Positions 29,235 to 38,419 of a stretch of DNA of 64,000 nucleotides are shown here, one piece after another. The position numbers were made by a program, and so were the translations under genes. The DNA comes from a virus (taxonomy: Duplodnaviria > Caudoviricetes). The stretch's first letter is position 1. Every line of letters starts with the position of its first letter. Below the pieces are notes generated by a model, which was not told the origin of the DNA, did not search any database, and saw only the letters and a program-made list of their open reading frames with translations. The DNA lies in IMG/VR virus record IMGVR_UViG_3300035530_000023, positions 7,951 to 71,950 of that record, one strand, 5' to 3'.

Positions 29235-29741
29235 TTACGCACCAACAATACGAATACTACCATCATCGTTGCCACCATTAGACGTATCGTAATGAAACCA
29301 GCTCATGTTACTGATCCACTCTATCCGTGTAATATTGACAAAAGGTAAAGCTTCCTTATCCGTACGTTGTCTAAATCCAGGTTCAAAGCATCCAATAGAT
29401 TTCATATCTTCTCGTAATGCTTCAGGTCCACCTAAATCATTCCATTTCAAATCAAAAGCTTTAGCATATTTATGCATCGACAACTTACTACCTTCAGAAC
29501 AATCAAATGGACGCAATCCCGAATATTTAAAAGGCCCACCCCATTTCCAATTATTAATAATTACACTAACCTTAGAAAAAGATCTTTCGTTGAGATATTC
29601 CCAAATTTTATCAGCAATGATCAGAGAAGTTGAATCCAAAATTCCCCACAAAAAATACAATAATCCTTTTTTATCATATTCATTATATAACTCAGGGTAA
29701 ACTAATTCGTGCAACTTATAATGTTTGCATGTATAAATCAT
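29235..29741 (-). CDS. Peptidase M15-family endolysin candidate
   Basis: SGLRP...SMHKYAKAFD...WFHYD: Arg plus HxxxxxxD and distal His zinc-ligand pattern. Confidence 0.75.
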   Translation of the reverse strand: MIYTCKHYKLHELVYPELYNEYDKKGLLYFLWGILDSTSLIIADKIWEYLNERSFSKVSVIINNWKWGGPFKYSGLRPFDCSEGSKLSMHKYAKAFDLKWNDLGGPEALREDMKSIGCFEPGFRQRTDKEALPFVNITRIEWISNMSWFHYDTSNGGNDDGSIRIVGA

Positions 29742-29812
29742 ACTATACTCCTATGTTTAATTTTGATGATAATTTCTAATTATATGATGTTTAATTTTAT
29801 AATAAATCAAAC

Positions 29813-29822
29813 ATATATTACT
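29813..29822 (+). promoter_or_regulatory. Early-type promoter motif
   Basis: ATATATTACT contains an exact TATATTAC, but lies about 140 nt before 29960. Confidence 0.4.
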
Positions 29823-29959
29823 ATTTTAAAATATAAACTATAATATACAGAAAGATGTGTACATCCAATTTTATATTTATAAATATAAAATAAATGTAAA
29901 CATCAGCAACATGTTGTGTTGTTTATTTATTTTTAACTTCCTTAAAGGAGAAATTAACT

Positions 29960-30625
29960 ATGGCACTTTCCGATTACACCCAGATTGCATCGATTATCCA
30001 GCTGTCTACCGCCCCAAAGGAAACTTGGGATACTGAAAATCCCATCCTGCCCGAGGGTATGCCTGGTTGGGAGTCTGATACCAAGAAGATGAAGATTGGT
30101 GATGGCGTTACCGCTTGGACAGGTCTGGCTTACACTGTCGATGCAACACTCACTCCTGAGCAGAAAGCTCTGCTCGACAATGCTGGTGCAGCTAATGGCG
30201 TTTCTATACTGGATGCTAACGGTCTTATTCCGTTGGATACTCTTCCTGACCAGGCTAAGTCTCACATCAAGTACATGGCTGACATTCCGTCTCGTGATGC
30301 TGTCGATGAAGCCGATCGTCATTTCATCTATGTCGTTCTGGATGCCTCTGGCGATCCTACTGTCGAATCTGGTGCAGCCACCTACTCTTGGGATGACACT
30401 AATGGTGTATGGGTAAAGCTCTCTGAGTTTGAATCCATGGATATTGACTTCTCCGTGTTCTTTAATAAGTCCACTGAGACCCTGGATGACATCGCAGATG
30501 GTACGCAGTATGTTCGTTTCACTCCAGCAGAACGCACCAAGCTGGCTAAGGCCATGGTGACAGACGAGACTTATCGTTTTGTTTCGCTTAGTCCCGCCGA
30601 GATCAATGCTGCTATGGCTGAGTAG
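29960..30625 (+). CDS. Mtd_N-like (hyaluronidase/tropism N-terminal) domain protein, probably virion-associated
   Basis: WDTENPILPEGMPGWESDTKKMKIGDGVTAWTGLAY; strong AAGGAG RBS; higher GC. Confidence 0.7.
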   Translation: MALSDYTQIASIIQLSTAPKETWDTENPILPEGMPGWESDTKKMKIGDGVTAWTGLAYTVDATLTPEQKALLDNAGAANGVSILDANGLIPLDTLPDQAKSHIKYMADIPSRDAVDEADRHFIYVVLDASGDPTVESGAATYSWDDTNGVWVKLSEFESMDIDFSVFFNKSTETLDDIADGTQYVRFTPAERTKLAKAMVTDETYRFVSLSPAEINAAMAE

Positions 30626-30653
30626 TTTGTATATGTAAAAAAGTAATAATTAA

Positions 30654-30691
30654 ATAAGAGAGAGAGGGAAGTACTTCCCTCTCTCTCTTAT
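30654..30691. terminator. Perfect 38-bp palindrome
   Basis: ATAAGAGAGAGAGGGAAGTACTTCCCTCTCTCTCTTAT. Confidence 0.75.
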
Positions 30692-30855
30692 CCCATTTTA
30701 TAATTTAGATATGATATATATTGTATAAATATTTTAATTAAACCAACAAAGTTAAATTAATTATTATATCTTGTCTTAGTATACTATTAACTAGCACATG
30801 TGTATATCTTACCGCATATCATTATATTCGTCAAGGTTTTGATGTAACTACTTAG

Positions 30856-31053
30856 GTACAATCAATAGCAACAGCTTGCGAAGAACAGAGTACTGTATCT
30901 AATCAAATAAGTCAAACTATCAATGATATAAATGGTATTAGTAAAGAAACTAATTTGGCAATGACTGAATCGACACAAGCTATAAATGAACTAGCACAAC
31001 AAGCTCATCAACTAAAACGAATAATAAATCAATTACGATCAGATAATTCCTAA
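30856..31053 (+). pseudogene. Methyl-accepting chemotaxis protein C-terminal fragment
   Basis: Translates as VQSIATACEEQSTVSNQISQTINDINGISKETNLAMTESTQAINELAQQAHQLKRIINQLRSDNS*, the pattern of an MCP C-terminal methylation helix; preceded by in-frame TAG with no start codon or RBS. Confidence 0.75.
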
Positions 31054-31056
31054 GAA

Positions 31057-31090
31057 ATAGAGAAGAGGACTAATTAGTCCTCTTCTCTAT
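31057..31090. terminator. Perfect 34-bp palindrome
   Basis: ATAGAGAAGAGGACTAATTAGTCCTCTTCTCTAT, just after the MCP-fragment stop codon. Confidence 0.75.
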
Positions 31091-31174
31091 ATAAAACTAT
31101 ACATTCTTACTATTTGATAGATAACTTGTTTAACATACGATATAAATTTTACGATAATATAGGAGGATCTTACT

Positions 31175-32182
31175 ATGTTAAATTTCGATAAAACTATTGA
31201 AGATCTAAGATGTGTATCTAGTAATGTATGCGAATACCTAGATACTAAAAAATATTTACAAACATTCTCTGAAGAGTCTCTAACTGATGAACTACTGTTA
31301 CAAACTTGTTATGAAATAGTTATCGACGATTTGTTGGAGATAGGTATATCTTTTTATTGTGATATCTCTGATTTATTTTCTAATTACTATGACATGGAAA
31401 CTATTTGGATGCTGAAATATATATTTACTATCGAACATCTTAGAAATATTTTAGAAAATAATATCAAATTGAGAGAACGTATTATAAATATTCTTAATGA
31501 TGAGATCGATAATAAACTTATACGAACTTTGGAACTACTAACTATTACATATCCCGACAACGAAATGTATTATCGTGTATACGATTTTATGAATGATAAA
31601 TGTACAGATCGTGATGAGTTTAGAGTATATGTAGAAAGAATAATTGACCTCTCTTCTAAGATATTGGAATTTGACGAAATTCAAGAAGATGATATAGAAA
31701 AGATAGATCAGCTTATAACTCACGTACAAACTTCTCAAAATAAAGCTAAAGAAATATTCGATTTAGCTTTAATGGAATATCCAGAACTGGATGCAATAAG
31801 ATTGAATAGGGATTATAAACGATATAATCGAGATAAATTATATCCCAATAATATCAATTCTTATGCCTGGTTCGTAGATATGGAATTGTCAAATACAGAA
31901 TTATACCCTCACGAAAAACCTCTATACGACAAACTAGATTATGAACATAATGTTCGCAACAATCACCATATTGAATATTATGAAAATATTCCACATACTA
32001 AAATATCTAAAGAAGATGTTTTAAATCTCTTAGCTAATTGTTACGAACCAAACAAGTCTAATAGTAAAGGTGACATTTTAAAAAAGATGAATGATATCTA
32101 TCATCGACTAATAGTTAAACATGACATATTTGATACCTATTTTGAATTTGTTAACGATTTGGTAAATAGGATCGATTTATGA
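31175..32182 (+). CDS. Hypothetical acidic protein
   Basis: 335 aa with AGGAGG RBS. Confidence 0.7.
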   Translation: MLNFDKTIEDLRCVSSNVCEYLDTKKYLQTFSEESLTDELLLQTCYEIVIDDLLEIGISFYCDISDLFSNYYDMETIWMLKYIFTIEHLRNILENNIKLRERIINILNDEIDNKLIRTLELLTITYPDNEMYYRVYDFMNDKCTDRDEFRVYVERIIDLSSKILEFDEIQEDDIEKIDQLITHVQTSQNKAKEIFDLALMEYPELDAIRLNRDYKRYNRDKLYPNNINSYAWFVDMELSNTELYPHEKPLYDKLDYEHNVRNNHHIEYYENIPHTKISKEDVLNLLANCYEPNKSNSKGDILKKMNDIYHRLIVKHDIFDTYFEFVNDLVNRIDL

Positions 32183-32580
32183 TTCCTACTATATATACTG
32201 GATATTTTGCAAATATAAAAAAATATCCAAAAAATGTATGTACAGTATCTATATCGCGATATACTCCTAGATGGTATAGTGGATTGATATACAAAGGAGT
32301 AAGTCCTAGTACAGATCTAGTATTGAAGTACAAATCGGGCAGAATTACAAAACCTAAATATACACAACAATATATAGCTGAAGTATTTCCTACATTTAAT
32401 AGTCCTCACATCCACCTTAATAATATCTGTCAATTATGTAAAGATTGTAAAGTTGTCATATTGTGTTGTTATGAAAAGCCAAGCGATTTCTGTCATCGAC
32501 ATATATGTGCAAAGATGTTAAATCATTTTATTAAGGTTCAGAAACTACACATACCGAAAATTGAGGAATATATCATATGA
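32179..32580 (+). CDS. DUF488-like protein, copy 1
   Basis: IYTGYFAN, VSISRYTPRW and LCCYEKPSDFCHR. Confidence 0.7.
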   Translation: MIPTIYTGYFANIKKYPKNVCTVSISRYTPRWYSGLIYKGVSPSTDLVLKYKSGRITKPKYTQQYIAEVFPTFNSPHIHLNNICQLCKDCKVVILCCYEKPSDFCHRHICAKMLNHFIKVQKLHIPKIEEYII

Positions 32581-32996
32581 ATATATACATAGCACAATAT
32601 TCAGAAGTAAAGTACGATAAGACTATTTGTCCAATAAGTATTTCCCCAGACGTACCTGCAGGTTGGAATGGACAGTCGTTAGCTGTATTTTTTCCACCAG
32701 CGAACTTGAAAAGTCAATTTAAGTCGGGAAATGTTTCAACAGTCGATTATACCAATGCCTACGAAAGTATGATATTAAATAAATTAAATCAAAAAGATAT
32801 AATTGAACAATTGTTCAAACTATGTAGTCCTAAAGATGTAGTTATATGTTGTTGGGGAACTGAAGATACTTTTTGTCATCGATACTTAGTAGCTAGATGG
32901 TTAAATGATTGGATTAGTGTAAATCCGGAAACTTACAATCTATCTCTAGTTAGAGATTATAAATTTAGGAACTTAGCAAATGAAAGTCAGCGATGA
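32577..32996 (+). CDS. DUF488-like protein, copy 2
   Basis: IYIAQYS, ISISPDVPAGW and ICCWGTEDTFCHRYLVARWL. Confidence 0.65.
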   Translation: MNIYIAQYSEVKYDKTICPISISPDVPAGWNGQSLAVFFPPANLKSQFKSGNVSTVDYTNAYESMILNKLNQKDIIEQLFKLCSPKDVVICCWGTEDTFCHRYLVARWLNDWISVNPETYNLSLVRDYKFRNLANESQR

Positions 32997-34284
32997 TCTT
33001 AACGTGACCGTAGACAATACTACTTATACTACTTTAGATATATTAAAGTTGTATAAAGAAAATCTTAAAAAGAGAGAATACTTAATATCTATATTTTGTG
33101 AATGTGAATTACCAAATATCACAATAGAACCTTATATAGGAAGAATTGGTAACTATAACGATAAGCCATACGTAATTACTTCTATAACTGATGAGGCAAT
33201 AGTAATATCTCCATTACAAAGAGTTGTGTTGAAATTTACAGACAAATTGACTATATCTCCAAAAGATATTATTAATGTATCAACTTCTACAGAAACTACA
33301 GTCGGAAGATATATTATTAATTATCTACTATTAGCAGATCCTTTTGGTGATATAATCCCTTACATGAATACTCAGATAAAACCAAATAAGATTGAGAGTA
33401 TTGTTGCAGATTATATAATCGAAGACAAATTAAATGGTGAGGCATTAAGTACATATCTTGATAACGTATATTTTATTGGTCACTTTACAGAATTGTGTGT
33501 TCCTAGTTTTAGTGACAAATCTATTACAACCTCACCTAAGGTTAAAATCCGGCGAGAAGAATTATTAGAAAAATATAAAGATCAATTGGATGATCCAGTT
33601 ATTATGTCTAAGATAGAAGATGAATTAATTCAACTTGATAAAGAATATTTAGCTGATGATCCTAGTTATGGATTTTATAGTGCGAGCGGTAAAGCCTTTA
33701 ATGTATGTCGAAAACGTATGTATTGTACTGGCGGAATGTTTGATACGTTTGAAAGAGAATCTGGATATGATATGGTAAATACTCCATTAGATGAAGGTTG
33801 GCAGGAGAAAGATTTTCCAGTGCTCTGTAATGATATCCGAAGAGGTATCTACAATCGAGCTAAGAATACTGCCAAGGGTGGAGAAGGTACTAAGTTCATG
33901 TGTCGTATTTTTCAAGATTCTGCTATAGTCGAAAAAGATTGTGGTACTAAAAAAGGTATAACTGTATACCTAACCGAAGCTAATAAAAACAGTTACATAT
34001 ATAGAAATATCATTACAGATAAAGGGATAATAACATTAACCCCAGACACTATAGATAAGTATGTAAATACTACAATCAAAATACGAAGTCCCTTATATTG
34101 TAAAACAAAAAATGGATATTGCGCTAGGTGTATGAATAAAATTTTAGAAGAAACCGAAACTGAAGCTCTCGGACTGATTGCTGTTAATATCACTAGTGCT
34201 ATGCTTCAAAGTTCTTTAAAGAGTATGCATGGTTCCAAATCTGAGTATAACAGTATAACGAGTTTGAATGATTTTGTCATATGA
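32980..34284 (+). CDS. Virion RNA polymerase beta' C-terminal subunit (phiKZ gp80-like)
   Basis: NTAKGG (bridge-helix TAxxG), DCGTKKG, IRSPLYC...YCARC zinc site and SLKSMH (trigger-loop TQLTMRTFH-like). Confidence 0.85.
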   Translation: MKVSDDLNVTVDNTTYTTLDILKLYKENLKKREYLISIFCECELPNITIEPYIGRIGNYNDKPYVITSITDEAIVISPLQRVVLKFTDKLTISPKDIINVSTSTETTVGRYIINYLLLADPFGDIIPYMNTQIKPNKIESIVADYIIEDKLNGEALSTYLDNVYFIGHFTELCVPSFSDKSITTSPKVKIRREELLEKYKDQLDDPVIMSKIEDELIQLDKEYLADDPSYGFYSASGKAFNVCRKRMYCTGGMFDTFERESGYDMVNTPLDEGWQEKDFPVLCNDIRRGIYNRAKNTAKGGEGTKFMCRIFQDSAIVEKDCGTKKGITVYLTEANKNSYIYRNIITDKGIITLTPDTIDKYVNTTIKIRSPLYCKTKNGYCARCMNKILEETETEALGLIAVNITSAMLQSSLKSMHGSKSEYNSITSLNDFVI

Positions 34285-34435
34285 ATCATTTTTTATTACA
34301 ATATTTATTATGTTGGAATATCTATTATTTTTTGTTTAAACCTAACAATACTATAGTTAAAAGTATAACATATGGTATATTTAGGTAATGAATATTCCAG
34401 CTATATTTTATTCTAACTTAAGGAGTATGTGATTT

Positions 34436-35089
34436 ATGGCTAAAGTACCTGAGAAGAAAAAGGTTGAAGTTTCGAAAGGAGAAGTATCTACTAAAACTGA
34501 TAAAGTGTCAGAAAATAAGGTAGATCCGAAGGTTGAGGAAAAACCGAAGGTAGATCCGAAGGTTGAAGAAAAACCGAAGGTAGATCCGAAGGTTGAAGAA
34601 GAGGCAAAGAAACCCACAGAGAAAACTGAAAAACCTGAAGCTTCCACAGAGCAACCGGTTAATAAAACTGAACCTGTTGCAGTAGAACGTAAAATTTCTA
34701 CTTATGGTGAAGTAAAAAATGTAGATATTGCTATGGTTCAATATATCGATAGATATAATGATATTCTGAAGAGAAACAGTATCGCTATGTCTATTAAAGC
34801 TTTGTCTAACATTTTTGCATATGTATTGTCTAAACCTACAAATGCCAACCTTGAATGTTTGTATGTATGGTTTAGTAATCCTGATTATCAGAATAGCATC
34901 TTGGCTGAATCTGTTATTTTTCAGGGCATCAATAAGGTAGGTATCAAAATCAGAAGTAAGATGGAAGTCATGTATATAATCTTTAGGGAATTGACTACGA
35001 CCAAACGTAATGTTAGTTTGGAAAAAGCTCGCGAATATCTGCCTGAAGAAATCATTACATGGATAGCTAAGAAGAGAAAATCGAAATAA
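34436..35089 (+). CDS. Putative virion protein with repetitive K/E/P-rich N-terminus
   Basis: KVDPKVEEKP repeats followed by a helical C-terminal domain; follows the beta' subunit as gp79 neighbours gp80 in phiKZ. Confidence 0.55.
   Translation: MAKVPEKKKVEVSKGEVSTKTDKVSENKVDPKVEEKPKVDPKVEEKPKVDPKVEEEAKKPTEKTEKPEASTEQPVNKTEPVAVERKISTYGEVKNVDIAMVQYIDRYNDILKRNSIAMSIKALSNIFAYVLSKPTNANLECLYVWFSNPDYQNSILAESVIFQGINKVGIKIRSKMEVMYIIFRELTTTKRNVSLEKAREYLPEEIITWIAKKRKSK
34517..34600 (+). repeat. 30-bp in-frame tandem repeat, about 2.8 copies
   Basis: AAGGTAGATCCGAAGGTTGARGAAAAACCG at 34517 and 34547, partial copy at 34577. Confidence 0.95.
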
Positions 35090-35105
35090 GTAAAATAACA
35101 AATAC

Positions 35106-35143
35106 AGGATAGACTATCTCCAACTATGGAGATAGTCTATCCT
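35106..35143. terminator. Hairpin between convergent units
   Basis: 17-bp perfect stem, loop ACTA. Confidence 0.75.
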
Positions 35144-35238
35144 ATACTTTATATGTGTAGAGACTTAATCTTCTCTACACCAACACAAAAGAGGAAGGTA
35201 TGCGCGACGACCGATTTGCCGCATAATATATCTACCTT

Positions 35239-35754
35239 TTATTTTAGATCAGTTGCATCATTCTTTAATTCTCCATCTGTAATTTCTATAGATTCTTCAC
35301 CAAATCGATCGATTATAGTTTGGTCAAGCGCTTCGGTATCTTGAGCCTCATATTTATCATTAGCAGACTTTGATGACATCTTTGCAAGATATTCAGCAAC
35401 AGCTTTCTTATAATCATTAGTATTTCCATCCATTTCAATTTTAGACTTAATAGAAATACGATTATATTGTTGTTTATCGATGTCATTAAGTTGTCCCGAT
35501 AACGCATTAATGACTCCCATCTTTGCCTCGACATCTTTTGCAGGCAAATTATCTATATCTAACTTCATATCATTAACTGCGGTATAAAGTTTTGTAATTA
35601 TCGACTGTCTAACTTCGTAAGTATAATCATAAGTTTTATCTAATTTCGACATATCCCGTTCGATGGAAGTAAACGTAGAATTTAGTTCCTCACTATAAAT
35701 TCCTTCATTTCGTTCAATATCATTATCTACATTTTCCATAACAAAAGTCCTCAC
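35239..35754 (-). CDS. Hypothetical coiled-coil protein
   Basis: 171-aa ORF; no motif recognised. Confidence 0.6.
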   Translation of the reverse strand: MRTFVMENVDNDIERNEGIYSEELNSTFTSIERDMSKLDKTYDYTYEVRQSIITKLYTAVNDMKLDIDNLPAKDVEAKMGVINALSGQLNDIDKQQYNRISIKSKIEMDGNTNDYKKAVAEYLAKMSSKSANDKYEAQDTEALDQTIIDRFGEESIEITDGELKNDATDLK

Positions 35755-35869
35755 TTTTGATTGATTCTATGAAATAAAATATAATTCCTTTAATTTTCAG
35801 TATTATAGAATTATACTACATTTAAAAAACTATATCATTATTTATCGTATTTTTATTAAGTAAATAAAC

Positions 35870-35879
35870 ATATATTATC
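35870..35879 (+). promoter_or_regulatory. Early-type promoter motif upstream of gyrB-like gene
   Basis: ATATATTATC in the AT-rich intergenic region. Confidence 0.55.
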
Positions 35880-35983
35880 TATATGAATTAATAATTTACT
35901 CTTACTTATTGGAGTAAAGATTAATTATAATTTACAAATTGTGAATATTATGTATTATAATAATCAAAGAGGGAGTAACTATT

Positions 35984-38419
35984 ATGGCACCAATTAAGTA
36001 TGATGAAAGTTCCATCACTACCGTTGAAAAATTGGAACATGTAAGACTACGACCGACTGGATATGTTACAGATGTAGAAGTGATGGGACAGTGGCACATC
36101 TTAAAAGAATTGATCGATAATTCTATTGACGAACTTGAAATGATGGGTACTTTGGGTAAACTGACACTTTGTATGTGTAGAGATCCAAAAGGTCGTTATC
36201 AGATGATAGTTCATGACAATGGTCGCGGTGTACCTATAGGAAAACTATTAAAAGTATTTACTGTTTTGCATACTAGTGGTAAGTTTGATACTGACTCGTA
36301 TCTAACTAGTAGTGGTTTATTTGGTGTCGGTAGTAAAGCTACAGCAGGATTAAGTAAGCATTTTAGAGCACTTACCTTCCGACCCGACGGTGTAGGTGAT
36401 CTTTATGTTCAAGACGGTATAGCTCCTGCCGATATACGAGTATGGAAAAAAGATATGGGTACCAGCGGTACTGCCATCATCTATGAACCAGATCCTACAA
36501 TATTTAAACGTATTGATGAATTTAGTGAAAGTGGTTATTACCAAATCATTTCTCTCTTAGAAAAATTCAATCTTTTCTCATCATACAAAATAGAATTTTA
36601 TATCTATAATCAGATATTGGACGATTCTTTTTGGGAGTTGCCTACAAAAGATACTATAAGTGTAATATATAACATCTTAGATAAAGGTAAATTAATTTAT
36701 AATAATGCCGACAAATCTGATCCTGACGAATATCTTAAAGAGTATTTTAATGTACTGCGACCGTGGGCGTGGCAGCATAGAGTAACTCGTTCTATTATGG
36801 ACGATAGAAAGTTAGGATTTGATATTTTGATGTATGGCGTTAAGTATGAACAAATTGGTGGACATCTGGCATTGATTAATAGTGTACCTATAGATGATCC
36901 AAAAAGTAGCCATATAACCGCTTTCCATAATACAGTTAAACGGAATCTATCTAAATACATTGGCGATAAGGATATCACCAAATACTTTTTACAGACCTAT
37001 AAGTTACCAGTATTCGTTGCTATGAATATCAAATATAGTGGTGCAGAATTGACTGGTACTACCAAACATAGTTTTTCTTCAAGTGAATTCAGTATATTGT
37101 TTGGGAAGGTATTTGGAGATCTGTTAGAAAAATCTACAGACAAAATGTCTCAATTATATGAACTACTCAAAGAAGATATCAATTCTAAATATGTACAATT
37201 CACTACAGGTTCTACTAAAGTAGAATCTAATTCCAAAAGATTGATGTTATCACTTAATCATCCAACGAAATTTAACGACTGCAGTACTTCTGATAGGAGT
37301 AAGGCTGAATTGTTTCTTACTGAAGGTGACAGTGCTAACTCAAATGAAGGACGTAATAGCGAATTTCAAGCATCTTACTCTCTACGTGGTAAACCTATCA
37401 ACACAATCACTGACAAAGAACATATCCAAACTAGTATGTTAAATGTTAGAAAGAATGCTATATTCGAAGATATCATCACGATTCTCGGGTTATCGCCAAA
37501 TCAAACAGATTTTAGCAATCTAAGATATGGTAAAGTATTCATTATGGCAGATGCCGATAGTCACGGTAAACACATCTGCAATATTGTCATAGGAAACTTG
37601 TATGCATACAATCCCAAATTTATCGAATCTGGAATATTGCATATAGTTACACCACCATTTTACGGACTTAAAATGAAAAACAAGTCTGTACCAAATATAT
37701 ACATTTATAACCCTGACGACTTTGTCAATATACTTGCACAAAATGTATATTATCGAGCATTAGAATTGAAAATATACTCTCCGGGAGTATTTGAGGGTAA
37801 GGTACTCAATGAAGAAGAATTTGTACAATTCTCCAGAATCGTTTCTTATGTAGGTGACATGATTACTCGTTTGAGTAAAGAGCACCTTATTCACCCACTA
37901 TTGTTAGAACAACTGACTTATGTAACATACTATTTAACTCCAGAAACTATGGATATTGAATATATCAAAACTGTTTTTAATAATCCAAATATTACATACG
38001 ATAACACTAATAATATTTTAAGTATCTCGATTGGTAGAGAAGATTTTATTATCTCGCTGACTAACGTTGCAACGTCTCTGTACGAAAAAATATTACCATT
38101 TCTTAGGAAAATTGAATGGGATAAGTTAGCTTATGTCATTACTACCAAACATACTGATATGTACAAAAATACTCCAGTATCTTTGATGCAACTCTATCAA
38201 ATATTCGAAACGTTGAACGATCTGTTTTATATTGAACGATATAAGGGGTTAGGTAGTATGTTAGTTCCCGACAAAGCAAGAACTTGTATTGACCCCAAAC
38301 ATAGAACTTCTTTTCAAATAACAACAGTTGGTGATGAGAATAAGTTATTTAATTATCTAGGTTCTGATAGTAAATATAGAAAATCGCTATTGGAGATGAC
38401 TGATGTTGAAAACTTTTAA
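35984..38419 (+). CDS. gyrB: Type IIA topoisomerase subunit B (GyrB-like)
   Basis: HVRLRP, KELIDNSIDE, DNGRGVP, LHTSGKF, GLFGVG, LFLTEGDSA, LRGK, IMADAD and RYKGLG; long insert between PPFY and RYKGLG. Confidence 0.9.
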   Translation: MAPIKYDESSITTVEKLEHVRLRPTGYVTDVEVMGQWHILKELIDNSIDELEMMGTLGKLTLCMCRDPKGRYQMIVHDNGRGVPIGKLLKVFTVLHTSGKFDTDSYLTSSGLFGVGSKATAGLSKHFRALTFRPDGVGDLYVQDGIAPADIRVWKKDMGTSGTAIIYEPDPTIFKRIDEFSESGYYQIISLLEKFNLFSSYKIEFYIYNQILDDSFWELPTKDTISVIYNILDKGKLIYNNADKSDPDEYLKEYFNVLRPWAWQHRVTRSIMDDRKLGFDILMYGVKYEQIGGHLALINSVPIDDPKSSHITAFHNTVKRNLSKYIGDKDITKYFLQTYKLPVFVAMNIKYSGAELTGTTKHSFSSSEFSILFGKVFGDLLEKSTDKMSQLYELLKEDINSKYVQFTTGSTKVESNSKRLMLSLNHPTKFNDCSTSDRSKAELFLTEGDSANSNEGRNSEFQASYSLRGKPINTITDKEHIQTSMLNVRKNAIFEDIITILGLSPNQTDFSNLRYGKVFIMADADSHGKHICNIVIGNLYAYNPKFIESGILHIVTPPFYGLKMKNKSVPNIYIYNPDDFVNILAQNVYYRALELKIYSPGVFEGKVLNEEEFVQFSRIVSYVGDMITRLSKEHLIHPLLLEQLTYVTYYLTPETMDIEYIKTVFNNPNITYDNTNNILSISIGREDFIISLTNVATSLYEKILPFLRKIEWDKLAYVITTKHTDMYKNTPVSLMQLYQIFETLNDLFYIERYKGLGSMLVPDKARTCIDPKHRTSFQITTVGDENKLFNYLGSDSKYRKSLLEMTDVENF

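Noticed and set aside
30853-30855. TAG-to-Gln recoding that would extend the MCP frame
   Set aside because: TAG ends well-supported genes (30625 and 42831), long ORFs are intact in the standard code, and no start or RBS appears upstream even with read-through.
34517-34600. CRISPR array
   Set aside because: Repeats are head-to-tail with no spacers and are in frame within a CDS; no cas genes are present.
34408-35101. Antisense ORFs of 79 and 197 aa
   Set aside because: They are mirror images of the repeat-containing plus-strand gene.
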